A DNA stretch of 24,000 nucleotides from positions 5,436-29,435 of the forward strand of contig JAURZI010000103.1 of NCBI GenBank assembly GCA_030653435.1, written 5' to 3'. The first letter of the stretch is position 1, and every line of letters starts with the position of its first letter. The notes below the pieces were generated by a model. It saw only the letters and a list, made by a program, of their open reading frames with translations, had not been told where the DNA came from and searched no databases. Origin of the DNA: Methylovulum sp. Lineage in GTDB: Bacteria > Pseudomonadota > Gammaproteobacteria > Methylococcales > Methylomonadaceae. This document shows positions 15,062 through 23,895 of the stretch, in pieces. The position numbers and the translations under genes were made by a program.

Positions 15062-15771
15062 TGGATGAGTATATGCCTATTGGTGCACAGCCGGATAGCG
15101 TCAGCCTAATGTCTGTGATACAGGTCGAAGTTTGCCGGACATTGCTGGATTCAGGTTTGGATTCATTAAACATGCAGTTGACGGAATATCAAATTGAGCA
15201 ACTGCTGGCCTTTTTAAAATTGATGGAGAAATGGAATAAAGCCTATAACCTGACAGCTATCCGAAACAAAGAGGACATGGTCAGTCTGCATTTATTGGAT
15301 AGTCTGGCTATCATCCCGTTTGTTACCGGTCAACGTGTAATCGACATAGGTACGGGGGCGGGCTTGCCGGGTATACCGTTAGCCATTTGCCTGCCAGATG
15401 TTGAGTTTACCTTGCTGGACAGCAATGCCAAAAAAACCCGCTTTGTCCAGCAGGCTATACTCGAATTAAAACTTAACAATGTCGTCGTGTGTCATCATCG
15501 CGCCGAAAACTACCATCCTGAAAAGCCTTTTAGCACCGTGCTTACCCGCGCTTTTGCCAGTTTGCCCGATATTATCAAATTAACGGCGCATTTGCTGGCT
15601 AAAGAAGGTGTATTACTGGCGATGAAAGGCCAGAACCTGAATGCAGAATTAGCGCAATTATCAGGAAACGTCTCAGCAAAAACAACCGTTATACCTGTCA
15701 GGGTTCCAGGCATTGAAGCAGAAAGATGTCTGGTCCGGATAAGGTCACTGGTACAAACAGAGGTTCTGTAG
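15061..15771 (+). CDS. rsmG: 16S rRNA (guanine527-N7)-methyltransferase RsmG (GidB)
   Basis: WNKAYNLTAIR...VIDIGTGAGLPGIPLAI is the SAM-binding motif, and the gene holds the canonical position after mnmG. Its ATG overlaps the mnmG stop (TGATG). The true start may be an internal Met, because typical RsmG is about 205 aa. Confidence 0.9.
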   Translation: MDEYMPIGAQPDSVSLMSVIQVEVCRTLLDSGLDSLNMQLTEYQIEQLLAFLKLMEKWNKAYNLTAIRNKEDMVSLHLLDSLAIIPFVTGQRVIDIGTGAGLPGIPLAICLPDVEFTLLDSNAKKTRFVQQAILELKLNNVVVCHHRAENYHPEKPFSTVLTRAFASLPDIIKLTAHLLAKEGVLLAMKGQNLNAELAQLSGNVSAKTTVIPVRVPGIEAERCLVRIRSLVQTEVL

Positions 15772-16544
15772 TGGGAAAAATAATTGCCGTCACCAATCAA
15801 AAAGGTGGCGTTGGAAAAACGACTACCAGTGTCAATCTGGCAGCGTCATTAGCTGCAGCAAAACGTCGAGTGTTACTGGTTGATCTTGACCCGCAAGGTA
15901 ATGCGGCTATGGGTTGTGGCATCGACAAGGATGATATCAGGTATTCCAGTTACGATTTATTGCTGGAAGATGTACCTGCCGCAGAAACGGTCATTCATTT
16001 GCCGGACATTGGCTTTTCAGTCATTCCGGGTAACTCGGATTTGACGGCTGCCGAAGTGCAGTTGATGACGGCGGATCGCAAAGAGTCGCGGCTTGCCGAT
16101 GCCCTCATTCAGATCAAGTCACAGTATGATTACATCCTGATCGATTGCCCGCCGTCGTTAAATATGCTCACATTAAATGCCATGGTGGCTGCAAATAGCC
16201 TGTTGATTCCTATGCAGTGCGAGTACTATGCGTTGGAAGGCTTGTCAGCACTGATGTCGACATTGAAAAATATACAAGATACGGTTAACCCAGAATTGCA
16301 TCTTGAAGGCATATTACGGACCATGTATGACGACAGAAATCGATTGACCAAAGATGTTTCAGAGCAATTGATTCGCTATTTTGGCGATAAAGTCTTCAGG
16401 ACCTGTGTGCCCAGGAATATACGCTTGGCTGAAGCGCCTAGCCATGGCTTGCCTGTTTTGAGTTATGACAAATCGTCGCGCGGAGCTGTGGCTTATATCA
16501 CCTTGGCGGGTGAAATGATCAGAAAAGAGAAAGGGACGGCATGA
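15771..16544 (+). CDS. parA: Chromosome partitioning ATPase ParA (Soj)
   Basis: KIIAVTNQKGGVGKTTTSVNLA is the deviant Walker A. The GTG at 15771 overlaps the rsmG stop (TAGTG) and gives a canonical N-terminus. The ORF is also open from the ATG at 15726. Confidence 0.93.
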   Translation: MGKIIAVTNQKGGVGKTTTSVNLAASLAAAKRRVLLVDLDPQGNAAMGCGIDKDDIRYSSYDLLLEDVPAAETVIHLPDIGFSVIPGNSDLTAAEVQLMTADRKESRLADALIQIKSQYDYILIDCPPSLNMLTLNAMVAANSLLIPMQCEYYALEGLSALMSTLKNIQDTVNPELHLEGILRTMYDDRNRLTKDVSEQLIRYFGDKVFRTCVPRNIRLAEAPSHGLPVLSYDKSSRGAVAYITLAGEMIRKEKGTA

Positions 16545-16774
16545 CTTTTAAAAAGCGAGGATTGGGCAGGGGGCTTGAGGTTTTGTTGGCCGACACAGCA
16601 GCGCAGGGCGAGGCACCAACGCCTTTAACGATTGATCACGACGGGCTGGCGATGTCGACAACATTATTGCTTGAAAATCTGCATAAGGAAAAACTGACCA
16701 TTTTGCAGGAAGCGGAAGCGTTAAAGCTTCTGATCGACGAGTTTGAATTGATAATCCGCGCTGGGCTGCAATAA
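16541..16774 (+). CDS. Mini-ParB: a 77-aa ORF with the ParB N-terminal ParA-interaction motif and one further ParB segment, lacking the CTPase/ParB-box core and the HTH
   Basis: The ATG overlaps the parA stop (ATGA), with AAGGGA upstream. MTFKKRGLGRGLEVLLAD matches ParB MAVQKRGLGRGLDALLGD. LAMSTTLLLENLHKEKLTILQEAEALKLLIDEFEL matches ParB ATMAQTLIENIQREDLNPLEEADALRRLLDEFGM. The GERRWRA region and everything after the EFG segment are absent. Confidence 0.6.
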   Translation: MTFKKRGLGRGLEVLLADTAAQGEAPTPLTIDHDGLAMSTTLLLENLHKEKLTILQEAEALKLLIDEFELIIRAGLQ

Positions 16775-16851
16775 ATCATCGCGACATTACTGCGTAGCGT
16801 CGGGATCTAATCGCCGCGCGTAAACAAGATCAACAGAGAAAAGTAAACGTT

Positions 16852-17700
16852 ATGGCAGTGCAAAAACGTGGGCTGGGCCGGGGGCTGGATGCTTTATTAG
16901 GCGATGTTTCAGCCAAAGAGGAAAAACATCAACATCAACATAGCTTGCCTATAGAATACATGCAACGCGGCAAATTTCAGCCGCGTCAAGACATGAACCC
17001 CGAAAAACTGCAAGAACTTGCCGATTCCATTAAAGCACAAGGGATCATACAACCGATCATCGTACGCAAGGTCGGCCCGGAAAAATACGAGATAGTTGCA
17101 GGGGAACGGCGCTGGCGTGCAGCCCAATTGGCAGGTTTACAGGAAGTGCCCGTTATCATCAGGGATATCGATGATCGTGCGACGATGGCGCAAACGTTGA
17201 TTGAAAACATCCAGAGGGAAGACCTTAATCCGCTGGAAGAAGCTGACGCCTTAAGGCGTTTGCTGGATGAGTTTGGCATGACACATCAGCAGATAGCCGA
17301 CGCAGTCGGTAAATCGCGCACGACAGTCACCAATTTATTGCGTTTGATGGATTTGCATCCTGAGGTAAAAAAACTACTGATCGCTAGGCAATTGGAAATG
17401 GGGCATGCTCGGGCGTTGTTGTCGTTGGATGGGTCGGGCCAAGTGACGGCGGCGAATAAAATAGCCAAGGATGGGCTGACTGTAAGGAGCGCGGAGCGCT
17501 TGGTCAGGGAGCTTCAGGCTGAACCTAAAGCAGCTAAAGTGAAAACCGTGGATAACGATACCCTGCGCCTACAGGAAGAGTTGACGGCAAAATTGGGTGC
17601 CAAAGTGCTCATTGACCATAAGGAAAACGGTGCCGGAAAAGTGGTCATCACATATACCAGCTTGGAGGAATTGGATGGCATTATCGGGCAGCTAAAATAA
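16852..17700 (+). CDS. parB: Chromosome partitioning protein ParB (Spo0J)
   Basis: It has the KRGLGRGLDALL N-terminal motif, IVAGERRWRAAQLAG (the ParB/Srx CTP-binding box) and the HTH THQQIADAVGKSRTTVTNLLRL. Length is 282 aa. Confidence 0.96.
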   Translation: MAVQKRGLGRGLDALLGDVSAKEEKHQHQHSLPIEYMQRGKFQPRQDMNPEKLQELADSIKAQGIIQPIIVRKVGPEKYEIVAGERRWRAAQLAGLQEVPVIIRDIDDRATMAQTLIENIQREDLNPLEEADALRRLLDEFGMTHQQIADAVGKSRTTVTNLLRLMDLHPEVKKLLIARQLEMGHARALLSLDGSGQVTAANKIAKDGLTVRSAERLVRELQAEPKAAKVKTVDNDTLRLQEELTAKLGAKVLIDHKENGAGKVVITYTSLEELDGIIGQLK

Positions 17701-17792
17701 ACATTAGGTCGGCCTACCTGGGCACAGATTTTTGCTTGGGGTGTCCTGCGATTTAAAACCTATCCCATATAAAACGGTGAAATCCATAGTTT

Positions 17793-18407
17793 ATGAATAT
17801 CGGTAAACTTTACATTATTGCTGCGCCTTCTGGAGCCGGAAAAACCAGTCTAGTTAAACAATTGCTTGCCGAGGTGGCTGATCTGGCGGTGTCTGTTTCA
17901 CACACGACGCGCAGGATGCGGCCCGGAGAGACGGAAGGGCAGGATTATTATTTTGTGTCTGTTGCAGATTTTGAAATCATGTTGGCGCAACAGGCATTTC
18001 TGGAACATGCACAGGTTTTTGATAATTTTTATGGCACGGCACAACAGACGGTAGAGGCAAATCTGAACAACGGCTTGGATGTGATTCTGGAGATCGATTG
18101 GCAGGGTGCCCAACAGATAAAAAAATTGTTGCCTGACAGCATGTCAATTTTCATTCTGCCACCTTCCACGGCTGTTTTACAAGAGCGTCTCAGAAACCGG
18201 GGGCAGGATGATGAGGCCACCATTGAGCGGCGGATGCGCGATGCGGTAGCCGAGATGCGCCATTATGACGAGTTTGATTATTTGGTTGTCAATGATGTGT
18301 TTGGGCAGGCGTTGATGGAGCTAAAAAGCATCCTGATTAGCCACCGTCTGACCCGGGCAAGGCAGAAACTCAGTTTACAGCCTTTGTTGTCTTCGTTATT
18401 GTCGTAA
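17793..18407 (+). CDS. gmk: Guanylate kinase
   Basis: GKLYIIAAPSGAGKTSLVKQLL is the P-loop. SVSHTTRRMRPGETEGQDYYFV is the GMP-binding motif. Confidence 0.95.
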   Translation: MNIGKLYIIAAPSGAGKTSLVKQLLAEVADLAVSVSHTTRRMRPGETEGQDYYFVSVADFEIMLAQQAFLEHAQVFDNFYGTAQQTVEANLNNGLDVILEIDWQGAQQIKKLLPDSMSIFILPPSTAVLQERLRNRGQDDEATIERRMRDAVAEMRHYDEFDYLVVNDVFGQALMELKSILISHRLTRARQKLSLQPLLSSLLS

Positions 18408-18515
18408 ATTGCCCTTCATTACGAGCACGCGTCAGACCATAGTTATAACAATATACCGCAATCAAGTCCGGTAGATTTATACGGGCACAACACTTTTTCC
18501 AGCATTTATATCACT

Positions 18516-19829
18516 ATGACACATATCCCAACCGTAGGCTTCATAAGCTTGGGCTGCCCAAAAGCTTTGGTCGACAGCGAAAGAATCTTAACCAAGCTAC
18601 GTTCTGAAGGTTATAACATTTCTCCAACTTATCAAGATGCCGATCTCGTGGTCGTCAACACTTGTGGCTTTATTGATGCGGCGGTGGAAGAATCTCTGGA
18701 CAGTATAGGCGAAGCGCTCGCTGAAAACGGCAGGGTAATTGTTACCGGCTGTCTGGGTGCTCGCGAAGCGGAAATCCGGGCGCGACACCCGCAAGTTTTG
18801 AAGGTCACCGGCGCGCATGCCTTGGATGAAGTCGTGGCTTCGGTGCATGAACACTTGCCTCCTAGGCATGATCCGTTTACCAGCTTGGTGCCCCCGCAAG
18901 GCATAAAATTAACGCCTAAGCATTACGCCTATTTAAAGATTTCCGAAGGCTGTAATCATCGCTGCACCTTCTGCATAATACCGTCTATGCGCGGTGATTT
19001 GGTTAGTAGGCCTGTTGATGATGTGCTGTGGGAAGCGGAACGTCTGGTTAATGCGGGCGTAAAAGAATTATTGGTGGTCTCCCAAGATACCAGTGCATAT
19101 GGCTTGGATCTAAAATATCAGGGTCGTGCCTGGAAAGGTCGGTCCGTTAAAACCCGTTTTTATGATTTAGCCGAAGCGTTGGGTGATTTAGGTATTTGGG
19201 TGCGTATGCATTATGTGTATCCGTATCCGCATGTTGATGACGTGATTCCGTTAATGGCCAGTGGCAAAATATTGCCGTATCTGGATATCCCATTTCAGCA
19301 CGCCAATAGCCGCATCCTTAAATTAATGAAACGTCCGGCTGCGAGTCAGAATAATCTGGAAAGAATCAAGGTATGGCGGGAAGTTTGTCCTGATATTACA
19401 TTGCGTAGCACGTTTATTGTCGGGTTTCCCGGCGAAACAGAGCAAGAGTTTGAAGAGCTGCTGGCGTTTTTGAGTGAAGCCCAGTTGGATAGGGTGGGTT
19501 GTTTTGCTTATTCGCCGGTAAAAGGCGCGGCGGCTAACGAATTGCCGGATGCTGTGCCGGAGGAGCTTAAACAAGAGCGTCTGGCGCGTTTTATGGCGCA
19601 TCAGGCACATATCAGCGCTGTGCGCTTGCAACGGCGTGTAGGGCGCGTTGAGACTGTCCTGGTTGACGAAGTTGTTGCAGAAGGGGCGGTTGCCAGAAGT
19701 AAAGCCGATGCGCCCGAAATTGACGGGCAGGTGTTCATTGATGGCGCTACGCATCTCCAGGTCGGTGACTTTGCCGACATTGCTGTTGAAGAAGCAGATG
19801 AATACGATCTGTGGGGGCGTTTGGTTTAA
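18516..19829 (+). CDS. rimO: Ribosomal protein S12 methylthiotransferase RimO
   Basis: It has an N-terminal MTTase domain ([16 protein letters not shown]), the radical SAM motif [13 protein letters not shown] and a C-terminal TRAM domain. Length is 437 aa. Confidence 0.95.
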   Translation: MTHIPTVGFISLGCPKALVDSERILTKLRSEGYNISPTYQDADLVVVNTCGFIDAAVEESLDSIGEALAENGRVIVTGCLGAREAEIRARHPQVLKVTGAHALDEVVASVHEHLPPRHDPFTSLVPPQGIKLTPKHYAYLKISEGCNHRCTFCIIPSMRGDLVSRPVDDVLWEAERLVNAGVKELLVVSQDTSAYGLDLKYQGRAWKGRSVKTRFYDLAEALGDLGIWVRMHYVYPYPHVDDVIPLMASGKILPYLDIPFQHANSRILKLMKRPAASQNNLERIKVWREVCPDITLRSTFIVGFPGETEQEFEELLAFLSEAQLDRVGCFAYSPVKGAAANELPDAVPEELKQERLARFMAHQAHISAVRLQRRVGRVETVLVDEVVAEGAVARSKADAPEIDGQVFIDGATHLQVGDFADIAVEEADEYDLWGRLV

Positions 19830-19860
19830 ACGCTTATTAAAGTTACTGTCCTTAACAAAC

Positions 19861-19892
19861 AAAAAACCCAGCTATAAAAGCTGGGTTTTTTG
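19861..19892. terminator. Rho-independent, probably bidirectional terminator after rimO and after the convergent small lipoprotein gene
   Basis: AAAAAACCCAGC-TATAAAA-GCTGGGTTTTTTG: an 8-bp GC-rich stem flanked by an A-run and a T-run. Confidence 0.85.
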
Positions 19893-19910
19893 ATCTTAAA
19901 GCGTATTTAT

Positions 19911-20024
19911 TTACAGTTCGATTGAACTAGAAACTTTTTGCTTAGAACCATCTGGATCATCCATACAGCCAGATAAGCCAACAACCATCAATGCCATAGC
20001 CAAAAGTGCTACAATTTTCTTCAT
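19911..20024 (-). CDS. Small lipoprotein (37 aa), absent from the ORF track
   Basis: My translation is MKKIVALLAMALMVVGLSGCMDDPDGSKQKVSSSIEL*. It has GGAGGA 8 nt upstream of the ATG (20024), a signal peptide with lipobox L-S-G-C, and the terminator at 19861-19892 downstream. Confidence 0.6.
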   Translation of the reverse strand: MKKIVALLAMALMVVGLSGCMDDPDGSKQKVSSSIEL

Positions 20025-20151
20025 AATATTATCCTCCAAAGGGGTTTAACTTATTTTATTTATTGTGCGTCAATGTATGAAAGCACGTGCAATTTATATC
20101 ATGACTGGAATGCCGATGCAATAATAAAAGTCGCTTGTTGGTTTTGCCTAC

Positions 20152-22056
20152 TTATAGAGAGTTGATGTTATGAGGTAAATTGTAAGAGATGACGTTATTA
20201 GTCCAGGTAACAGTTCCAATGGTGGTCCAAGGTGATGAAAAATTAAGATGCAGTTGGTCAGAAACCCAATGGGTAGGGGCGTCTATTTTCTTAAGCTTGA
20301 TATGAAACACCGTATTATTCAGGTTTAAGCCTATTTTTTGTCCCCAGAATGCGGTCACTTTCATAATGAATTTTTGTAACCGGACATTATTGATTGTTGG
20401 AGTAACAGCAATATTGGCCCACATCGAGTGCACCCGCCCCCAGTTCGGCGCCAATAAGCGGCCTTGCGGGTTAACAAAAGGTAGCCATTGTTCCGCACCA
20501 TTCTGGTCTGTGTAGGTGATAGCCAAAATTCGATCATAGCCAGTAAAATGGTCGTGCAGGTAGAGTGCGTGAGGGGCAATGCCAAAAAATGTCTGAGATA
20601 CTGTTATAAGCGCATTACTGCCTTTTGATAACGCGTCAATGACTGCATTATTATGAGTATCAATATCTAGTCGGTAGATAATGCCATAATGTATGGAGCT
20701 GTTGATCTGCAATATCAGTAATGCAGTGATTATTTTTGCCAGCTTTCTTGAATAGGCTTTGGGCTTTTGCGTTGCAAGCTGCTCAAAAAACCGATGGTAT
20801 AAGCTATTGTTTTGCAGTTCCTCCGATATGGCGCACTGGCTTGAACAAGGTATGCGGATGCGCGTGTCAGCGATGCGCCGATATTTTTTTGCGGCAATGT
20901 GATAAATTCCCGGTAGGCTTAAAATCATGCTGACAAAAAATAAATAGCGCATCTTCAAGCCTATTTGGATATAGGTATCAAGGCCGGAATAGACATGGTT
21001 GTTATTATCTAGCGCATAAAGGTCGGTCAGCAGGATTTCAGGGCTGATTGTTGCAAGTGCAGGGTATTGCGCCGCATAATCTTGGGCATTTTTAAAATCG
21101 ATACATTTGAAAATATCAAAATGATTAAGGATAAGAACCGTGCGATTGCACAAAGGGCATAGCTGGTCATAGAACACCGTCAGTGCAGGGTGCTTGGTAC
21201 TTGTTAATTTGCCTATAGACCGCCACCAGCTGAAAGGGACGAGCAAGCTGTAAAATGCCAGCATCCCCATGCCAAAAGGGTAAATGTTTAAGGATAGGGT
21301 AATGCCTAGATGCAGGCCGATGCCGACAAACAGATAAACGGGACGTAGGCGGCGATGTGTAAACAGGAATATAAAGGTAAACTGGAACACCAAAATGGTA
21401 TAGCCTATGGCTTTTTCCAATAGTTCATTATTCAGCAAAAACGACATGTCGATTGCTGATACGTAATATGGTTGTGTTGATGGCAGCCAAGCCCCTAAGC
21501 CATTGCGCCAGTGCTCGGCAAATAATTTATGGATGGACGAGTCAAAATACAGAAAACCAAGGCAGATGGCAAGCGGTAGGTAATAGGCGAGTACGGATAC
21601 TGTTTGCGGAGGGTGGTTTTTATAATGCGTAAACGGTGTGCTGAGCTTATACCGAAGATTGTCGATAGAAAAGGCCTTGTCCCCAGGCATGAAGAGCAGA
21701 AAGAACCCCGCGCCTATCATGAATAAATCAAAGCCACCATCAAAATCGCGCTGCATAGTCGTGAAATTAACGAAGACAATCCAAAAAATATAATTACAAG
21801 TAACAGCCAATTGGTAGCGGAAACCTAAGACTATAAAGCTTGCAATAATGCCCCAAAGGCAAAGAAAAAATGTGATTGTAGGGAACTCGACATCTATATA
21901 AGGGATAGGGTCGAAAATAAGGTGATTGAAGTAATAAAGAAAAACAATCTCTTGTAACGTGACTAATCCGTAAAGAATCCGGAATATTCCAATCCCTGTG
22001 GCGGGTACTTTTTTGACGAGAAGTTCTGATATTTTGGATAATATAAATTTATACAT
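20152..22056 (-). CDS. Fusion membrane protein: N-terminal HTTM domain (vitamin K-dependent gamma-carboxylase-like), central DCC/DUF393-type thiol-disulfide oxidoreductase motif, and an uncharacterised C-terminal domain
   Basis: GIGIFRILYGLVTLQEIVFLYYF plus multiple TM helices match the HTTM pattern. LTVFYDQLCPLCNRTVLILNHFD matches the DCC family Y-D-x-x-C-x-x-C motif. About 230 C-terminal residues have no family I recognise. The gene is AT-rich. Confidence 0.7.
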   Translation of the reverse strand: MYKFILSKISELLVKKVPATGIGIFRILYGLVTLQEIVFLYYFNHLIFDPIPYIDVEFPTITFFLCLWGIIASFIVLGFRYQLAVTCNYIFWIVFVNFTTMQRDFDGGFDLFMIGAGFFLLFMPGDKAFSIDNLRYKLSTPFTHYKNHPPQTVSVLAYYLPLAICLGFLYFDSSIHKLFAEHWRNGLGAWLPSTQPYYVSAIDMSFLLNNELLEKAIGYTILVFQFTFIFLFTHRRLRPVYLFVGIGLHLGITLSLNIYPFGMGMLAFYSLLVPFSWWRSIGKLTSTKHPALTVFYDQLCPLCNRTVLILNHFDIFKCIDFKNAQDYAAQYPALATISPEILLTDLYALDNNNHVYSGLDTYIQIGLKMRYLFFVSMILSLPGIYHIAAKKYRRIADTRIRIPCSSQCAISEELQNNSLYHRFFEQLATQKPKAYSRKLAKIITALLILQINSSIHYGIIYRLDIDTHNNAVIDALSKGSNALITVSQTFFGIAPHALYLHDHFTGYDRILAITYTDQNGAEQWLPFVNPQGRLLAPNWGRVHSMWANIAVTPTINNVRLQKFIMKVTAFWGQKIGLNLNNTVFHIKLKKIDAPTHWVSDQLHLNFSSPWTTIGTVTWTNNVISYNLPHNINSL

Positions 22057-22127
22057 TTCAAACAGCTGTGAAAATGTATAGATTATAAAATATAATGCGG
22101 GCTGATGTGGAAAATGTTTGGGCTTTT

Positions 22128-22166
22128 TAAAAAACTAAAGCCGCTACCAACTCATGCGGTAGCGGC
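22128..22166 (-). terminator. Rho-independent terminator for the 43-aa small membrane protein gene
   Basis: GCCGCTACC (22140-22148) pairs with GGTAGCGGC (22158-22166) across a 9-nt loop. On the - strand the stem is followed by TTTAGTTTTTT. Confidence 0.75.
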
Positions 22167-22197
22167 CTTCAGTATAACAAGTCTTTTCTGTGAAAGC

Positions 22198-22329
22198 TTA
22201 TTTCTCGTCGTCTGGGTGCTCAGCGAATACCCATTTTGCTAAGAAATAAACAGCAGCGATAACTACAACCGCGCCGACCATGCCAGCTGGTGTTTTTAAC
22301 ATTGAAGTGAGATCTAAGATGAACCCCAT
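22198..22329 (-). CDS. Small single-TM membrane protein (43 aa), absent from the ORF track
   Basis: My translation is MGFILDLTSMLKTPAGMVGAVVVIAAVYFLAKWVFAEHPDDEK*. AGGA is upstream of the ATG (22329) and a strong terminator lies 30 nt downstream of the stop. Confidence 0.5.
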   Translation of the reverse strand: MGFILDLTSMLKTPAGMVGAVVVIAAVYFLAKWVFAEHPDDEK

Positions 22330-22644
22330 GAGATGTCCTACCTGTAATTTTTGTATTTTAGAAATTGCTAGTTTCATAGCAAAAGGAAACTACATAATAC
22401 TTTAGAGTAGGTTAAAGTCAAGGCCTATTTGCATAGTAGTCTAACGTAAAGATTTCTGCATAATCTTGTTGTGATTACAAGAGTAGGGTGTCTCTGACGC
22501 ACACGTCAGTAAGGGGTTGACACTTTGAAATAGTCGATTATTTGAGGCATCACTGCCTCTTGAAAATTTAAAGCTCGATAGCGAGTGTGGTATAGTTTAA
22601 ACTTCAGCGTTTTATGCTGATATGTGTTATGAGGGGTAAGGAAT

Positions 22645-23034
22645 ATGATAAAAAAATATATTAAAATATTGCCGATTGCAGCAATGTTATTTGCATTTTC
22701 GGTGCATGCCGAGGTTTCATTAAAGGACAATGCTGACATTTTGGGGAGATGGAATCTCTATGCGGAAGCGACTAAAATTGACGGGGAAAAAAAAGCGGTT
22801 AAGGTTGAATGGGACTTCAAAGAAAATGGTGTTTTGCAAACAACCTCGACGGATTCAGTTGGCCGAACTAAAGAAATGAAAATAGCGATAAAATATTCGG
22901 TTGAAAATGGTGAAATAAAAAAGCAGACGAAGCCTGGACAAGAAAAATATGAATCATGTAAAGTCGTTGAAAAAGACGGTTCCAGCATGATTTTAAAGTG
23001 CCCGTTCCTTTTTTATTTTCTAACAAAAATATAA
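22645..23034 (+). CDS. Secreted hypothetical protein (129 aa) with a Sec signal peptide
   Basis: MIKKYIKILPIAAMLFAFSVHA/EV is a signal peptide with an AxA-like cleavage site. AAGGAA is the RBS. An extended -10-like TGGTATAGT lies upstream at about 22593-22601. The mature part is lysine-rich and beta-rich. Confidence 0.7.
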   Translation: MIKKYIKILPIAAMLFAFSVHAEVSLKDNADILGRWNLYAEATKIDGEKKAVKVEWDFKENGVLQTTSTDSVGRTKEMKIAIKYSVENGEIKKQTKPGQEKYESCKVVEKDGSSMILKCPFLFYFLTKI

Positions 23035-23058
23035 TAACTTTTATATAAGGGTATAACT

Positions 23059-23505
23059 ATGATTGGTGCTATCGTAATGATTTTTGCCGCTGTCTGGATT
23101 TATCAGTCAGCCATGAAAGCAGGAACAAGTAATGTGATAATGTGGGTTGTTGGTTGTATGGCTGTATTTTTGGCTTCACAAGTCTTATTGATTGACGCAA
23201 ATGTTTATTTTTTAGAATTGTTCAGGGGTGGTGAAGGGGATGCTAACTATGAACGCGACTTAACCAGTGTTGGCGACAGAAAAAATGAAGGTGGTTTTCA
23301 AAGTGGTGGTGGTGTTTTAGTATCGCTATTTATGGAATTGATGCCGCCTATCGTAGGTCTTCTGATTGTGGCATTCATACGCGTGAAATTTATCGTTAAA
23401 GAGAACATTACGCTGACAGCCTTATTCAGTGGGATGAGCGATATTATTGTCGGCGGCATTAAAAATATCGTCGATACCTTAAAACAAGGCATTAAAAAGT
23501 CATAA
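23059..23505 (+). CDS. Hypothetical membrane protein (148 aa, about 3-4 TM helices)
   Basis: Hydrophobic segments IGAIVMIFAAVWIY, IMWVVGCMAVFLASQVLLI and LVSLFMELMPPIVGLLIVAFI are followed by the terminator at 23531-23562. Confidence 0.65.
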   Translation: MIGAIVMIFAAVWIYQSAMKAGTSNVIMWVVGCMAVFLASQVLLIDANVYFLELFRGGEGDANYERDLTSVGDRKNEGGFQSGGGVLVSLFMELMPPIVGLLIVAFIRVKFIVKENITLTALFSGMSDIIVGGIKNIVDTLKQGIKKS

Positions 23506-23530
23506 CAGCAAAAAAGGTCACCCCGGCATA

Positions 23531-23562
23531 AAAAAGCTCAAGTGTCCACTTGGGCTTTTTTT
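23531..23562. terminator. Rho-independent terminator
   Basis: AAAAAGCTCAAGTG-tc-CACTTGGGCTTTTTTT: the stem has one G-U pair and is flanked by an A-run and a T-run. Confidence 0.75.
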
Positions 23563-23606
23563 ATGGCTGGTCAGGCTGCACGGTTAATTCGGTTTGGGTG
23601 TGGTCT

Positions 23607-23795
23607 TTATCCGACAATGCTCGAAACGACAAAAATCAGGCTGACCACAAAGGCCGCAGTGAAAATTATTCCCGCAATAATATAAAGTTTCAGCGATCCC
23701 TGTGTAAAATCTTTTTGCCTGTTAGCGTCGCTTTGCACACCGACAAAAGCCGATAAAACGCTTTTAGCCACCTGAAAAATTGTAGGTTTTGACAT
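23607..23795 (-). CDS. DUF2970-family small membrane protein (62 aa)
   Basis: The ORF is trimmed to MSKPTIFQVAKSVLSAFVGVQSDANRQKDFTQGSLKLYIIAGIIF..., which has GGAGG 6 nt upstream. The motif AFxGVQS...R..DF followed by one TM helix is characteristic of DUF2970. Confidence 0.7.
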   Translation of the reverse strand: MSKPTIFQVAKSVLSAFVGVQSDANRQKDFTQGSLKLYIIAGIIFTAAFVVSLIFVVSSIVG

Positions 23796-23895
23796 ATCTG
23801 CCTCCAGTATAAAACGAAAAATAATAGTGCTTGCCCCGCATTTGCACAATTAATATATTGCAATAATCTCCATCCATCCTTAACCATTATTCCCC

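Noticed and set aside
15771-18407. parS centromere sites (TGTTNCACGTGAAACA) expected near parAB.
   Set aside because: No full or near-full palindrome was found by eye. Only a half-site-like tgtttcacac occurs at 17894-17903, inside gmk. parS sites may lie outside the window.
1172-19862. Numerous antisense or overlapping ORFs from the track (for example 1172..1528, 1947..2279, 2115..2402, 7661..7882, 8052..8267, 9236..9502, 10021..10365, 10928..11179, 12294..12527, 13156..13425, 13696..14004, 14413..14784, 16986..17279, 18597..18904, 19323..19862).
   Set aside because: All lie inside, and mostly antisense to, long ORFs with clear family assignments. They have low-complexity or Arg/Ser/Cys-rich translations and lack RBSs, which is typical of shadow ORFs.
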